A DNA stretch of 59,786 bases, filler included. It is 5 parts of 5 records of this genome, joined end to end, with 100 filler letters (N's around TTAATTAATTAA, not from the genome) between each part and the next. Parts side by side here need not be neighbours in the genome. Positions count along the whole stretch, not along the records: positions 48,106 to 54,461 come from SRR31156797_3813; positions 54,562 to 59,786 come from SRR31156797_3819; 3 more parts are not named here. One strand, 5' to 3'. Positions within the stretch are counted from its first letter, which is position 1; each line of letters begins with the position of its first letter. Of this stretch, positions 49,059-58,487 are shown in pieces. Position numbers and translations under genes: made by a program. The notes beneath the pieces are model-generated. The model saw only the letters and a program-made list of their open reading frames with translations, was not told the origin of the DNA and ran no database searches.

Positions 49059-50369
49059 TCAGGACGAAAAAGCTTCCGTCGTCTTAAAATAGAGCGTAAA
49101 AACACTTCCGACGGACGGCTTGCTTTTGACATCCATCCGACAACCATGGGTTTCCAGGATTCGATAAACAATGGAGAGCCCCAACCCGGTTCCTTTCGAT
49201 TTTGTCGTAAAGAAAGGATTGAAGATGGATGTGATTGTTTTTTCATCCATGCCGCATCCGTTATCTGCAATCTCAACCTGAACGCGTCTATTGTTTAATT
49301 TGTTTACAGCTACTTTGATCTTGCCTTTATCTTCAATGGATTCTGCTCCATTTAGTAAAAGGTTCCAAAGCACCTGGTGCAATTGCGTCGGATCAATTTT
49401 AATATGGACGGCGGGTATGCTTTGCAGTTCCACATCAATCCTTCGTTTGACTGAATTGTCTTTTTTAAACAACTCTAAAATTTGAGAAACGGTACCCGGC
49501 AAATTGACACATTTTTTATGACCGACAGCAGGCCGTGCAAAAGAGAGAAAATTGTTGACCAAATCACTTAATCGATCTGTTTCCCTCAAGACAATGTTCA
49601 TCAGGTGCTTGTTTCCGCTTTCATCCTCTTCCATTTCACTGTTTAACAACTGGATGGCACCGGATATGGATGCCAGTGGATTTTTTATTTCATGGGCAAG
49701 CCCGGAAGCCATCTCACCGATTTGAGCAAGGTTCTGGACCCGTCCCAAGTGAGCTTCCATCGCCTGCAACTCTGCTTTGGATTGCTTTTCCTGATCTGAC
49801 AGATAACCACTTAAAAGAGCCACAGCAAAACAAGCGGCTGTTAAGATACCGCTTTTTTGAAAAATTTGAGCTGGGTTAAGCCCGTTTCCAGTCGTTAGAT
49901 CAACATACCCAAACGGGTCGAACACACCCTTTGCTTGCAAAAGAAGCAGGATTGTATATTGCGCAGCACAACCTGCTGCAGCAACAAGGCAGCCATTTTT
50001 ATACACAAATACACTCGCATAAATAATCACCAGGAGATAAAGAAAGGGAAAGACGCTCGCATAGCCTCCGGTAATAATAACCACCAGGCTGATGAACAGG
50101 CTGTCCATGATGATCTGGCTAATGATGAAAGGATGCTGGTATCGGCTGCCCGTAGAAAAAAAAATGCCATACAGCGCGCAAAGAAAGATCATGAAGCCGG
50201 CGACGATGTACAATAACTCTATGGAGGGAGAAACATCGTTCAGGCGATTGCCAATCTGATAGACGACAGTCGAACCGATCAGGATAAGAGCAAAAAGCAG
50301 CCGGAAGGACATCAGCCATTTCAGTTTATGGCGAGTCTTTTTTTTATCTGTGTTACCGGCTGTGACCAC
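49059..50369 (-). CDS. pilS: PilS-like sensor histidine kinase
   Basis: KLKWLMSFRL, VIITGG..SVFPFLY, AHEIKNPLASISG, NPFFTTK..GTGLGL; follows pilC; start (GTG) estimated. Confidence 0.82.
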   Translation of the reverse strand: MVTAGNTDKKKTRHKLKWLMSFRLLFALILIGSTVVYQIGNRLNDVSPSIELLYIVAGFMIFLCALYGIFFSTGSRYQHPFIISQIIMDSLFISLVVIITGGYASVFPFLYLLVIIYASVFVYKNGCLVAAAGCAAQYTILLLLQAKGVFDPFGYVDLTTGNGLNPAQIFQKSGILTAACFAVALLSGYLSDQEKQSKAELQAMEAHLGRVQNLAQIGEMASGLAHEIKNPLASISGAIQLLNSEMEEDESGNKHLMNIVLRETDRLSDLVNNFLSFARPAVGHKKCVNLPGTVSQILELFKKDNSVKRRIDVELQSIPAVHIKIDPTQLHQVLWNLLLNGAESIEDKGKIKVAVNKLNNRRVQVEIADNGCGMDEKTITSIFNPFFTTKSKGTGLGLSIVYRILETHGCRMDVKSKPSVGSVFTLYFKTTEAFSS

Positions 50370-50397
50370 AGTATCAACCGCAGAACTCACCTGAAAT

Positions 50398-51603
50398 TTA
50401 TAAATTTCCGGCCATTTTGAAGATCGGGAGGTACATGGAAACGACCAACCCGCCCACGACAACACCAAGAAATACGATCATGAAGGGTTCAATGAGCGAT
50501 GTTAAATTTTCCACAGCCTGATCAACCTCTTCTTCATAAAAGTCTGCGATCTTTTGAAGCATGGCATCCAACGCGCCTGTCGATTCACCTACGGATATCA
50601 TCTGACAGACCATGGCCGGGAAAACACCGCTGTCAGCCAAAGGATCAGCCATTGTTCGTCCTTCGGAGATACCGCTTCTGACGGAATAAATCGCCCGTTC
50701 GATGGTTTTGTTCCCTGACGTCTTTGCTACGATATCCAAGGCTTCCAAAATTGCCACACCACTGGAGAGCATTGTCCCCATGGTTTGGGTAAAGTTGGCC
50801 ACCGCCACTTTTCGAAGAAGCATTCCAAAAACAGGTAGCTTCAAAACGGTTGCATCGACCTGAATTTTGCCCTTTTCCGTATTATAATATTTCTTGAAAG
50901 CGAAAATGAACAGAATCATACCGATAATGATCCAGTGAATTTTTGTTTGAACGAATTCACTCATACCGACAACAAAAAGTGTCGGAGCAGGTAGCGACCC
51001 CCCCATGTCGGCAAACATTTCCTCAAACACGGGGATAACAAAAATGAGAATAACCGCAACACAGATAATCGCAATAACAATGGTTACGGCTGGGTAGGTC
51101 AGTGCACCTTTCACCTGACTTTTCAATCTTGCCGCTTTTTCCATGTGAGCGGAAAGCCTTCGTAAAATTGTGTCAAGAATACCGCCCGCCTCTCCCGCCG
51201 CGACCATGTTCACGAAAAGATCATCAAACTGTTTGGGGTATTTTTTCAGAGCGTCTGCTAGTGTCGACCCGCTTTCCACCTGCTCCTTGATTGATTTGAG
51301 CATTTTTTTAAACGTGGCATTTTCCTGTTGCGCGTGCAGAATATCCATGCACTGGATAATGGGAAGACCGGCATCGATCATCGTGGAAAATTGCCGGCAA
51401 AACAAGATGACATCTTTTTTCGTTACTTTTGGTTGCAAAAAAGAGATGTTTTCAAACAAGTCCTTCGGTTTCTTCTTTATCTTTGTCGGTACAATACGAA
51501 GTCGACCAAGATTGGCACGAACGGCTTCTACACCGCCAGCCTGCATCTCGCCCTTTTGAAGGATATTATTTCTGTTTTTTCCTTCCCATACGAATATCGG
51601 CAT
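50398..51603 (-). CDS. pilC: type IV pilus inner membrane protein PilC (T2SSF family)
   Basis: FCRQFSTMIDAGLP, AGEAGGILD, ALTYP, GESTGALDAML, SMYLPIF. Confidence 0.93.
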   Translation of the reverse strand: MPIFVWEGKNRNNILQKGEMQAGGVEAVRANLGRLRIVPTKIKKKPKDLFENISFLQPKVTKKDVILFCRQFSTMIDAGLPIIQCMDILHAQQENATFKKMLKSIKEQVESGSTLADALKKYPKQFDDLFVNMVAAGEAGGILDTILRRLSAHMEKAARLKSQVKGALTYPAVTIVIAIICVAVILIFVIPVFEEMFADMGGSLPAPTLFVVGMSEFVQTKIHWIIIGMILFIFAFKKYYNTEKGKIQVDATVLKLPVFGMLLRKVAVANFTQTMGTMLSSGVAILEALDIVAKTSGNKTIERAIYSVRSGISEGRTMADPLADSGVFPAMVCQMISVGESTGALDAMLQKIADFYEEEVDQAVENLTSLIEPFMIVFLGVVVGGLVVSMYLPIFKMAGNL

Positions 51604-51938
51604 AATTTCCCCTTCTTTTCGCCCCAGAACGATTGCCGCAAAATATAGCTGAATTTTCTATTGGTTACGCATACTGTTGTCCAAATTCCGTAGGTACAAC
51701 AGACCTATTATTCCTTATTTCGGCTTTTTTATAAAAAATCTGAATTTTTTTTATAAAGATTACAAAAGGTTCATATTGCAAATACAGAACCAACAGCATA
51801 CTATTCCCCAAACCAGCTGTCTCAAATTTTATTTTGTCCATAACTGTTGGACAGTACCGAGAGCGATCCTCAAAAAGCCGAAATGCCCAATTTGGGTATC
51901 CCTAAAACTCCATGAAGCCGTAACTTTTTAATTCTTCC

Positions 51939-54461
51939 ATGACGACCCTGAAAACTGACAAGAAGAAGTCCTTGACCGTCATTACCAGCCATGCCAACGC
52001 CGACTTCGATGCCATGGCATCCATGCTTGCCGCCCAGAAACTATATCCTGATGCAAAGGTCGTTTTTCCAGGTTCCCAGGAAAAAAACCTGAAGAACTTC
52101 TTTATTCAGTCAATGGTCTATCTTTTCAATATTGTAGAGATCGGCAAAATTGACTTTTCCGCGATCACAACATTGGTTCTGGTCGATACCAAACGTAAAA
52201 ACAGAATCGGGAAACTTGCAAGACTTCTGGACAATCCGAGTCTGGAGGTCCACATCTACGACCATCACCCGAAAAAAGAAGACGATATCCCTGCCAGCGT
52301 GATGCATCATCAACTCACCGGGGCGACCATCACCATTTTAACGGCTATTCTTCGAAAAAAAAAAATCCAGATCACACCGGAGGAAGCCACGATCATGTGT
52401 CTGGGAATTTATGAGGATACGGGGTCCTTTTCCTTTCCTTCGACAACGGAATTCGATTTCAAAGCCGCGGCATACCTTCTGTCAAAAGGAGCGAATCTCA
52501 ATGTCATATCGAGCATGATCACACGTGAATTCAATCCGGAACAAATCGGGCTGCTCAATGATATGGTTCAAGCATCGAGACACTACACCATTAACGGGGT
52601 CGGTGTTGTCCTGACGGGTGTCGTTACGGATAACTATTTTCCGGATTTTTCATTTCTAGTTCAAAAATTTGCAAAGATGGAAAACATCAATGCCGTTTTC
52701 GCTTTGGCATTAATGGAAAATAAAGTGTATGTCGTGGCAAGAAGCCGCACAGAAGATGTTGACGTCGGCGAGGTTCTCGATCAATTGGGGGGTGGAGGTC
52801 ATCCGGCTGCAGCGGCGGCGACCATCAAAGGGAAAACCATCGCACAGACAGAACAGCTTTTATTAAAAGCGCTCTATTTAAAAATCAATTCACGATTCGT
52901 TGCACGACAGTTAATGTCTTCTCCAGCGATCATGGCTGAAGAAAAAACCACCTGCCAGGAAGCCAAAGAACTGGTGAATCGCTACAACGTCAACGCATTG
53001 TTGGTTTCCCAAACAACAACGGGCAATGACGGTTTTACCGGTTACATTACCAGACAGGTGATTGAAAAGGCACTCTTTCATCATCTGGAATCTGTAGAGA
53101 TCCGGGAGTACATGTCGACCGAAATTTCCCATGTTGATCCAGATGCGGAACTCGACGAAATACAAGACAAGATCATTGCAAACAAACAACGAATCCTTCC
53201 GGTGCTGGAGGGAAAACGTGTGCTTGGGGTCATTACGCGTACAGACCTTTTGAACACGTTGGTCCAAAAAAAAAGCCCCATAAGGCATAACGGTCCCAAT
53301 ATAAATGGAAAGTCTTATCAAAAACGATCCCGGATCGTTGTGAACTTTATGCATGAGCGGCTTTCTGCCTCCATTATGGATACACTCGTACGGTTGGGAG
53401 AGACCGCCAGCAAGTTGGACTGCAAGGTTTTTGTTGTGGGAGGATTTGTACGAGACCTGTTTCTTTACCGGCCCAACGAAGACATTGATGTGGTTGTTGA
53501 AGGAAATGGAATTGAATTTGCCAAAACCTTTGCCAGGCGAAGCGGAGCAAGGATACATACGCACAAAAAATTTGGAACCGCCGTCATTATTTTTTCCGAC
53601 GGTTTTAAAATCGATGTGGCTTCCGCACGGATGGAGTATTATCAGTTTCCGGCATCACTCCCGATTGTTGAAATGAGTTCCATAAAAATGGACATGTTTC
53701 GCAGGGATTTTACCATCAACACCCTGGCCATTCAGCTCAATCCTGATAAATTCGGCAGACTGATCGACTTTTTTTCCGGACAAAAGGATATCAAAGATAA
53801 GGTTTTGCGTGTTTTGCACAACCTGAGCTTCGTTGAAGACCCAACCCGTGTTTTCCGGGCGCTGAGATTTGAACAACGTTTCGGCTTCACCATTGGCAAG
53901 TTGACATCAAGCCTCATCGACAATGCAGTAAAGATGGACTTTTTCAGACGGCTGGCTGGAAAACGGATTTATACGGAATTGAAACTTATTTTGAAAGAGG
54001 ACAATCCGGCATCCATCATTTTGCGCCTGCTGGATTACGATCTACTGAAGGTCATCCACCCGAATATCACCGTTCAAAATGATCTGAAAGACCTTGTCGA
54101 AACGGCAAAAAAAGTTACCGACTGGCATGATTTACTGTTCATGGAAACCACCTATGAAAGATGGGCCGTTCATTTTATGGCCTTGATCAGGCATTGTGAT
54201 CGAAAAACCACTCATGAAATATGCGAACGATTGACCATAGCTCCCCGACATGCATCCATGTTCGGTTTGGCCCGCTTCGAAGCGGAACGAAAACTTGCTC
54301 GGTTGGAACGAAAAAATCCAATGAAGAACTCGGAAATTTTCAACCTCATGCATACGGTCAAAACAGAATTGATCCTATACATGATGATCTGTACCCGTTC
54401 GAGAGTCGCAAAGAAAAGAATCTCCAAATACCATACACAGCTTTGTAATGTTTCCATTACG
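51939..54461 (+). CDS. DHH-CBS tRNA nucleotidyltransferase (A-adding type), 3' truncated
   Basis: HANADFD, DHH, GGGGH, two CBS domains, VGGFVRD..DIDVV, RRDFTIN, EDPTRVFRALRF. Confidence 0.9.
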
Positions 54462-54561
54462 NNNNNNNNNNNNNNNNNNNNNNNNNNNNNNNNNNNNNNN
54501 NNNNNTTAATTAATTAANNNNNNNNNNNNNNNNNNNNNNNNNNNNNNNNNNNNNNNNNNNN
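54462..54561. other. artificial contig linker
   Basis: N-run with TTAATTAATTAA. Confidence 0.98.
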
Positions 54562-54562
54562 G

Positions 54563-55387
54563 GCCTTTCCCATCCACATCTATGCCGCCGTGATCGCCGG
54601 GGCCAACGTGGTCCGGGTGCCCATCTCCCCGGCGGAATCGTTCCTCAAGCGCATCGTCAACATCTGCGAGTCCTTTCACCCGGGACCCAAGGTGCTGATG
54701 ATCAACTATCCCCACAACCCCACCGGGAAACTGGCCACCCTGGATCTTTTCAAGGAGATCGTGGCCCTGGCCAAACGGTTCAAGTTCATGGTCATCCATG
54801 ACTTTGCCTACTCCCGGATCACCTTTGACGGGTACAAGGCCCCGAGCTTTCTCGAGGTCCCCGGCGCAAAGGATGTGGGGGTCGAGTTCGGTTCCCTTTC
54901 CAAGTCCTACAACATGGCCGGGTGGCGCATCGGGTATTGCGTGGGCAATCCCGAGATCATCAAGGCACTGGGAAATATCAAGGGCTATTTTGATTACGGC
55001 ATCTTCTCGGCCATCCAGATCGCCAGCATCATCGCCCTCCGGGACTGTGACGACACCATCCCCAAACAGGTCGCCATCTATCAGTCCCGCCGGGACACCC
55101 TCTGCAGCGGCCTCCAGCGCATGGGCTGGGATGTGGAGCCTCCGGGCGCGGGCATGTTTGCCTGGGTCAAGATCCCCGAGCCCTTCAGCAAGATGGGCTC
55201 CATGCAGTTTGCCATCGAGATGATGAACCGGGCCAATGTGGCCGTTGCCCCGGGTATCGGCTTCTCCGATGAGGGAGAAGGCTATCTCCGGCTCGCCCTG
55301 GTGGAGAATGAGGAGCGCATCCGCCAGGCGGTCCGCCAGATGAGAAAGGCCCTCCAGGATATGGAGAAAGAGGGAGTGTGTAAATAA
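54563..55387 (+). CDS. class I/II PLP aminotransferase (AlaC/LL-DAP-like), 5' truncated
   Basis: NYPHNPTG, HDFAY, SLSKSYNMAGWRIG. Confidence 0.92.
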   Translation, partial: AFPIHIYAAVIAGANVVRVPISPAESFLKRIVNICESFHPGPKVLMINYPHNPTGKLATLDLFKEIVALAKRFKFMVIHDFAYSRITFDGYKAPSFLEVPGAKDVGVEFGSLSKSYNMAGWRIGYCVGNPEIIKALGNIKGYFDYGIFSAIQIASIIALRDCDDTIPKQVAIYQSRRDTLCSGLQRMGWDVEPPGAGMFAWVKIPEPFSKMGSMQFAIEMMNRANVAVAPGIGFSDEGEGYLRLALVENEERIRQAVRQMRKALQDMEKEGVCK

Positions 55388-55390
55388 CCC

Positions 55391-55960
55391 ATGGGGGCAC
55401 ACAAGATACGGATGCAGATGAAACGGGAGAGGGAGAATGCCCAGCGCCGGTTCAAACGCCAGAAACAGCGCAACGTACTGGCCTCTCCCGGCATCCACGA
55501 CCTGATCATCGTGCTGGATCACCTGAAGCCGAGCTACAACATTGGAAAGATCTTCCGCAGCGCCCAGTCATTCGGGGTGAAGGAGGTGCACCTTGTGGGC
55601 ATCGACTTTTTCGACCCGGCCCCGGGCATGGGGGCGTTCAAGGCCGTGCCCGCGGTGTTCCACGATGATTTTGACGCATGCTATACCATGATCACCGGCA
55701 AGGGCTACACCCCGGTGATCATGGAACCGGACAAGGGGGGCAGTCTCATGGACTGCTCCCTGCCCCAAAAGAGCGCCTTTGTATTCGGCCATGAGGAGTT
55801 CGGGATCAGCTTTGATCCGGCCGGCTACAAGGGTGTGCAGCGGCTGGCCATTCCCCAGTACGGAGCGGTCCAGAGCCTCAATGTCAGCATTGCCGCCTCC
55901 ATTGTCATGTATGAGTATGCCCGGCAGCATGGGGATCACAGGATCGGTCCCGGGCGCTGA
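55391..55960 (+). CDS. TrmH/SpoU family RNA methyltransferase
   Basis: YNIGKIFRS, FGHEEFG, IPQYGAVQSLNVS. Confidence 0.92.
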   Translation: MGAHKIRMQMKRERENAQRRFKRQKQRNVLASPGIHDLIIVLDHLKPSYNIGKIFRSAQSFGVKEVHLVGIDFFDPAPGMGAFKAVPAVFHDDFDACYTMITGKGYTPVIMEPDKGGSLMDCSLPQKSAFVFGHEEFGISFDPAGYKGVQRLAIPQYGAVQSLNVSIAASIVMYEYARQHGDHRIGPGR

Positions 55961-56996
55961 GCTGGCCGCAGCCGGCCATGAGATCCTGGCCCTTGCTCCA
56001 CCGTTTCACCACAAACAGCCCCTGATCCGTGAGATAATCTGCAAAGATGTTTATATCGTCATCATCCACCCGGGCAAACCCGGCGGTTGAAGCTGAAGCT
56101 GAAGGAGAAATTTCTTCCCTGCCCGGGTTGTAGGCGATCAGGTTCACCCGCACCTTCAGGGGGGCCAGATACTCGGCCAGCTGCCAGGCTGCCTCTTTGG
56201 AATCGTTCACCCCTTTTATCAGCACATACTCCACCAGGAAGAACCGCCGCTTGTGAAGGGGATAGGCCGCCAGGGCCCGGCGAAGCTCGGCCAGGGGATA
56301 ACGCCGGTTGACGGGCATGAGGGAGGATCTCACCCGGTCGTCAGCGGAATGGACGGAGATGGCAAGGCTCAGCTGGGGCAGATCCAGGGCGGCCAGGCGC
56401 TCGATGCCGGGCACAAGGCCGCAGGTGGACACCGTCATGTGGCGCAGGGCCACATCAAATCCCTTCTGGTCGTTGAACACCCGGATCGCCTGGATCACGT
56501 TGTCAAAATTGTCAAAGGGCTCTCCCATGCCCATGAACACCACGTTGCTGATCTCTTTGCCCAGGGTGATCCGGGCGGACCAGAGCTGGCCCGTGATCTC
56601 ATGGACCGTCAGGTTTCGCTTGAATCCCGCCTTTGCCGTCTCGCAAAACTTACACCCCATGCGGCATCCCACCTGGGTGGAGACACACAGGGTGTTGTAC
56701 CGTTTCATGGGGATCACCACGGACTCGATCAGGGCGCCGTCCTGTAACCGGGTGAGGAACTTGAGGGTGTTGTCCTGCTCCACCTGGTCCACCACCGTGA
56801 AGTCCGGCGGCTCATGGGCCGCCTTGAGTTCTTCCCCAAGGGCCTGGGACCGTTCAAACTCCGGCGCCCGAACAAATTCGTGATTTCCCTTTTTGATCAC
56901 TTCCCTCAAAAGGGCCCCTGCATGGAACGCCCCCCGTCCATACCGGGATTTCAAGCGCTCAGCCACCTGATTGCATGTCATTTCAAGTAAATTCAT
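55905..56996 (-). CDS. rlmN: RlmN-family radical SAM RNA methyltransferase
   Basis: IESV, CVSTQVGCRMGCKFC, VFMGMGEP, SVH, AGCGQL. Confidence 0.88.
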   Translation of the reverse strand: MNLLEMTCNQVAERLKSRYGRGAFHAGALLREVIKKGNHEFVRAPEFERSQALGEELKAAHEPPDFTVVDQVEQDNTLKFLTRLQDGALIESVVIPMKRYNTLCVSTQVGCRMGCKFCETAKAGFKRNLTVHEITGQLWSARITLGKEISNVVFMGMGEPFDNFDNVIQAIRVFNDQKGFDVALRHMTVSTCGLVPGIERLAALDLPQLSLAISVHSADDRVRSSLMPVNRRYPLAELRRALAAYPLHKRRFFLVEYVLIKGVNDSKEAAWQLAEYLAPLKVRVNLIAYNPGREEISPSASASTAGFARVDDDDINIFADYLTDQGLFVVKRWSKGQDLMAGCGQLSARDRSCDPHAAGHTHT

Positions 56997-57117
56997 AGAC
57001 CACGATAATCATTAAATCCATTGTTGCAAAAAAAAGCCTTGACCTGTCTAAGGGTTCATACCTTAATTCAGTTACCGTGTTTTAGCAAATAACCACTTGT
57101 TTTTCAAAGGAAGATCC

Positions 57118-58335
57118 ATGGTTTCAATATCAAAGGCCGCCAAAATGCTGGGGATTGCACGTTCGACCCTGCTCTACTATGAGCGGCTGGGCATGGTCGC
57201 CCCCGAACGCAATCCGGAAAACGACTACCGGGAATACAGCCGGAAGGATCTGGAACGCCTGCTGATGGTGCAACAGCTCAAGCGGGCCGGCTTTACCCTG
57301 AAGGAGGCCATGGCCGTAATGGAAGGCCACCTTGACCCGGACCGCCTGCGCAAACGCTACAACGCCCTTGAACAGGAGATCGAAGCCATGACCATGGCAC
57401 GGGAGGTGGTAAAATCCCTGCTGATCAATGCCACGGGCGAGGCTCCGTCCGGGGAGGCTGCCGCCCGCCGGGGACAAAACTGGCATGCCGAATTTGAACA
57501 AAAAAACGCCGAGGCCCACTTTGCCTGGCTCAAGCGCCTGGGATTCAGCGAAAAAGAGAGCCTCTACATCCGCTGGGTCACCCGGAACATATCCAACGGA
57601 GGAGAATATATGGAACACTTTTTCAAGGTGTTTGAACAGATGAAACGCCAGGGGCCGGGAAGCAAGGCATCCACCCTCAAGGCATTCAACGCCATTCCGT
57701 GCCACCGGGAGATCGAAACCATCCTGGAAGTGGGGTGCGGCAAGGGAGAATCCTGCCTTGCCCTGGCCCTCGAAACGGATGCTTATATCACGGCCGTGGA
57801 CAACCACCAGCCCTTCCTCGATCACCTGGCGGCCGAAGTAACACGCCTGGGACTTGACGGGCGGATCACCACCAAAAACATGAGCATGTTTGACCTTGAC
57901 TTCCCCCGTCCCGGCTTTGACCTTGTCTGGGCAGAGGGAAGCGCCTACTTCATGGGATTTGAAAAGGCCCTGGCGGCGTGGCGGCCCTTGATCCACCCCC
58001 GGGGCTTTTTGTTTGTCAGCGATGCCGTATGGCTCACGGACCAGCCCTCCCAGGCATGCCGGGACTACTGGACCATCGAATACCCCGCCATGACCGATGT
58101 GGAGACCCGGAAAGCCCAGGCCCGGGAACAGGGGTACGAGGTCCATGCCTGGTTCATCCTGCCGAGACAGGACTGGCAGGCGTTTTACGACGACATGGAG
58201 GCGTGTACCCAACGGGCCGTTAAAGGGCTTGGCATGACACCGACCTTTGAAAAGATCCTCCAAGAGATCGAACTGGACAGAACCCACGGCGAGGAGTACG
58301 GCTATCTCTGCCTGCTTCTCCAAAGAAAGGATTGA
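57118..58335 (+). CDS. MerR-family regulator fused to class I SAM methyltransferase
   Basis: STLLYYERLG..NDYREY..AGFTLKE; RQGPGS, LEVGCGKG, WAEGSAY. Confidence 0.9.
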   Translation: MVSISKAAKMLGIARSTLLYYERLGMVAPERNPENDYREYSRKDLERLLMVQQLKRAGFTLKEAMAVMEGHLDPDRLRKRYNALEQEIEAMTMAREVVKSLLINATGEAPSGEAAARRGQNWHAEFEQKNAEAHFAWLKRLGFSEKESLYIRWVTRNISNGGEYMEHFFKVFEQMKRQGPGSKASTLKAFNAIPCHREIETILEVGCGKGESCLALALETDAYITAVDNHQPFLDHLAAEVTRLGLDGRITTKNMSMFDLDFPRPGFDLVWAEGSAYFMGFEKALAAWRPLIHPRGFLFVSDAVWLTDQPSQACRDYWTIEYPAMTDVETRKAQAREQGYEVHAWFILPRQDWQAFYDDMEACTQRAVKGLGMTPTFEKILQEIELDRTHGEEYGYLCLLLQRKD

Positions 58336-58487
58336 TGAAAAGGGGACGTTTCCATGGAAGCGTCCCCTTTACCCTGGAAGGCCTCCCCCTTTCCCGCTAT
58401 TGATTTACCGTCGAATAGGTTGTATTTAGTAGGTCAGGCAGTATTTGCCTTTAATAAGGATAAAAAAACAACCAAAGGGAACCGCCC

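Noticed and set aside
50370-50468. N-terminal extension of pilS overlapping pilC
   Set aside because: Reads through the pilC 3' end; PilS similarity begins near 50340
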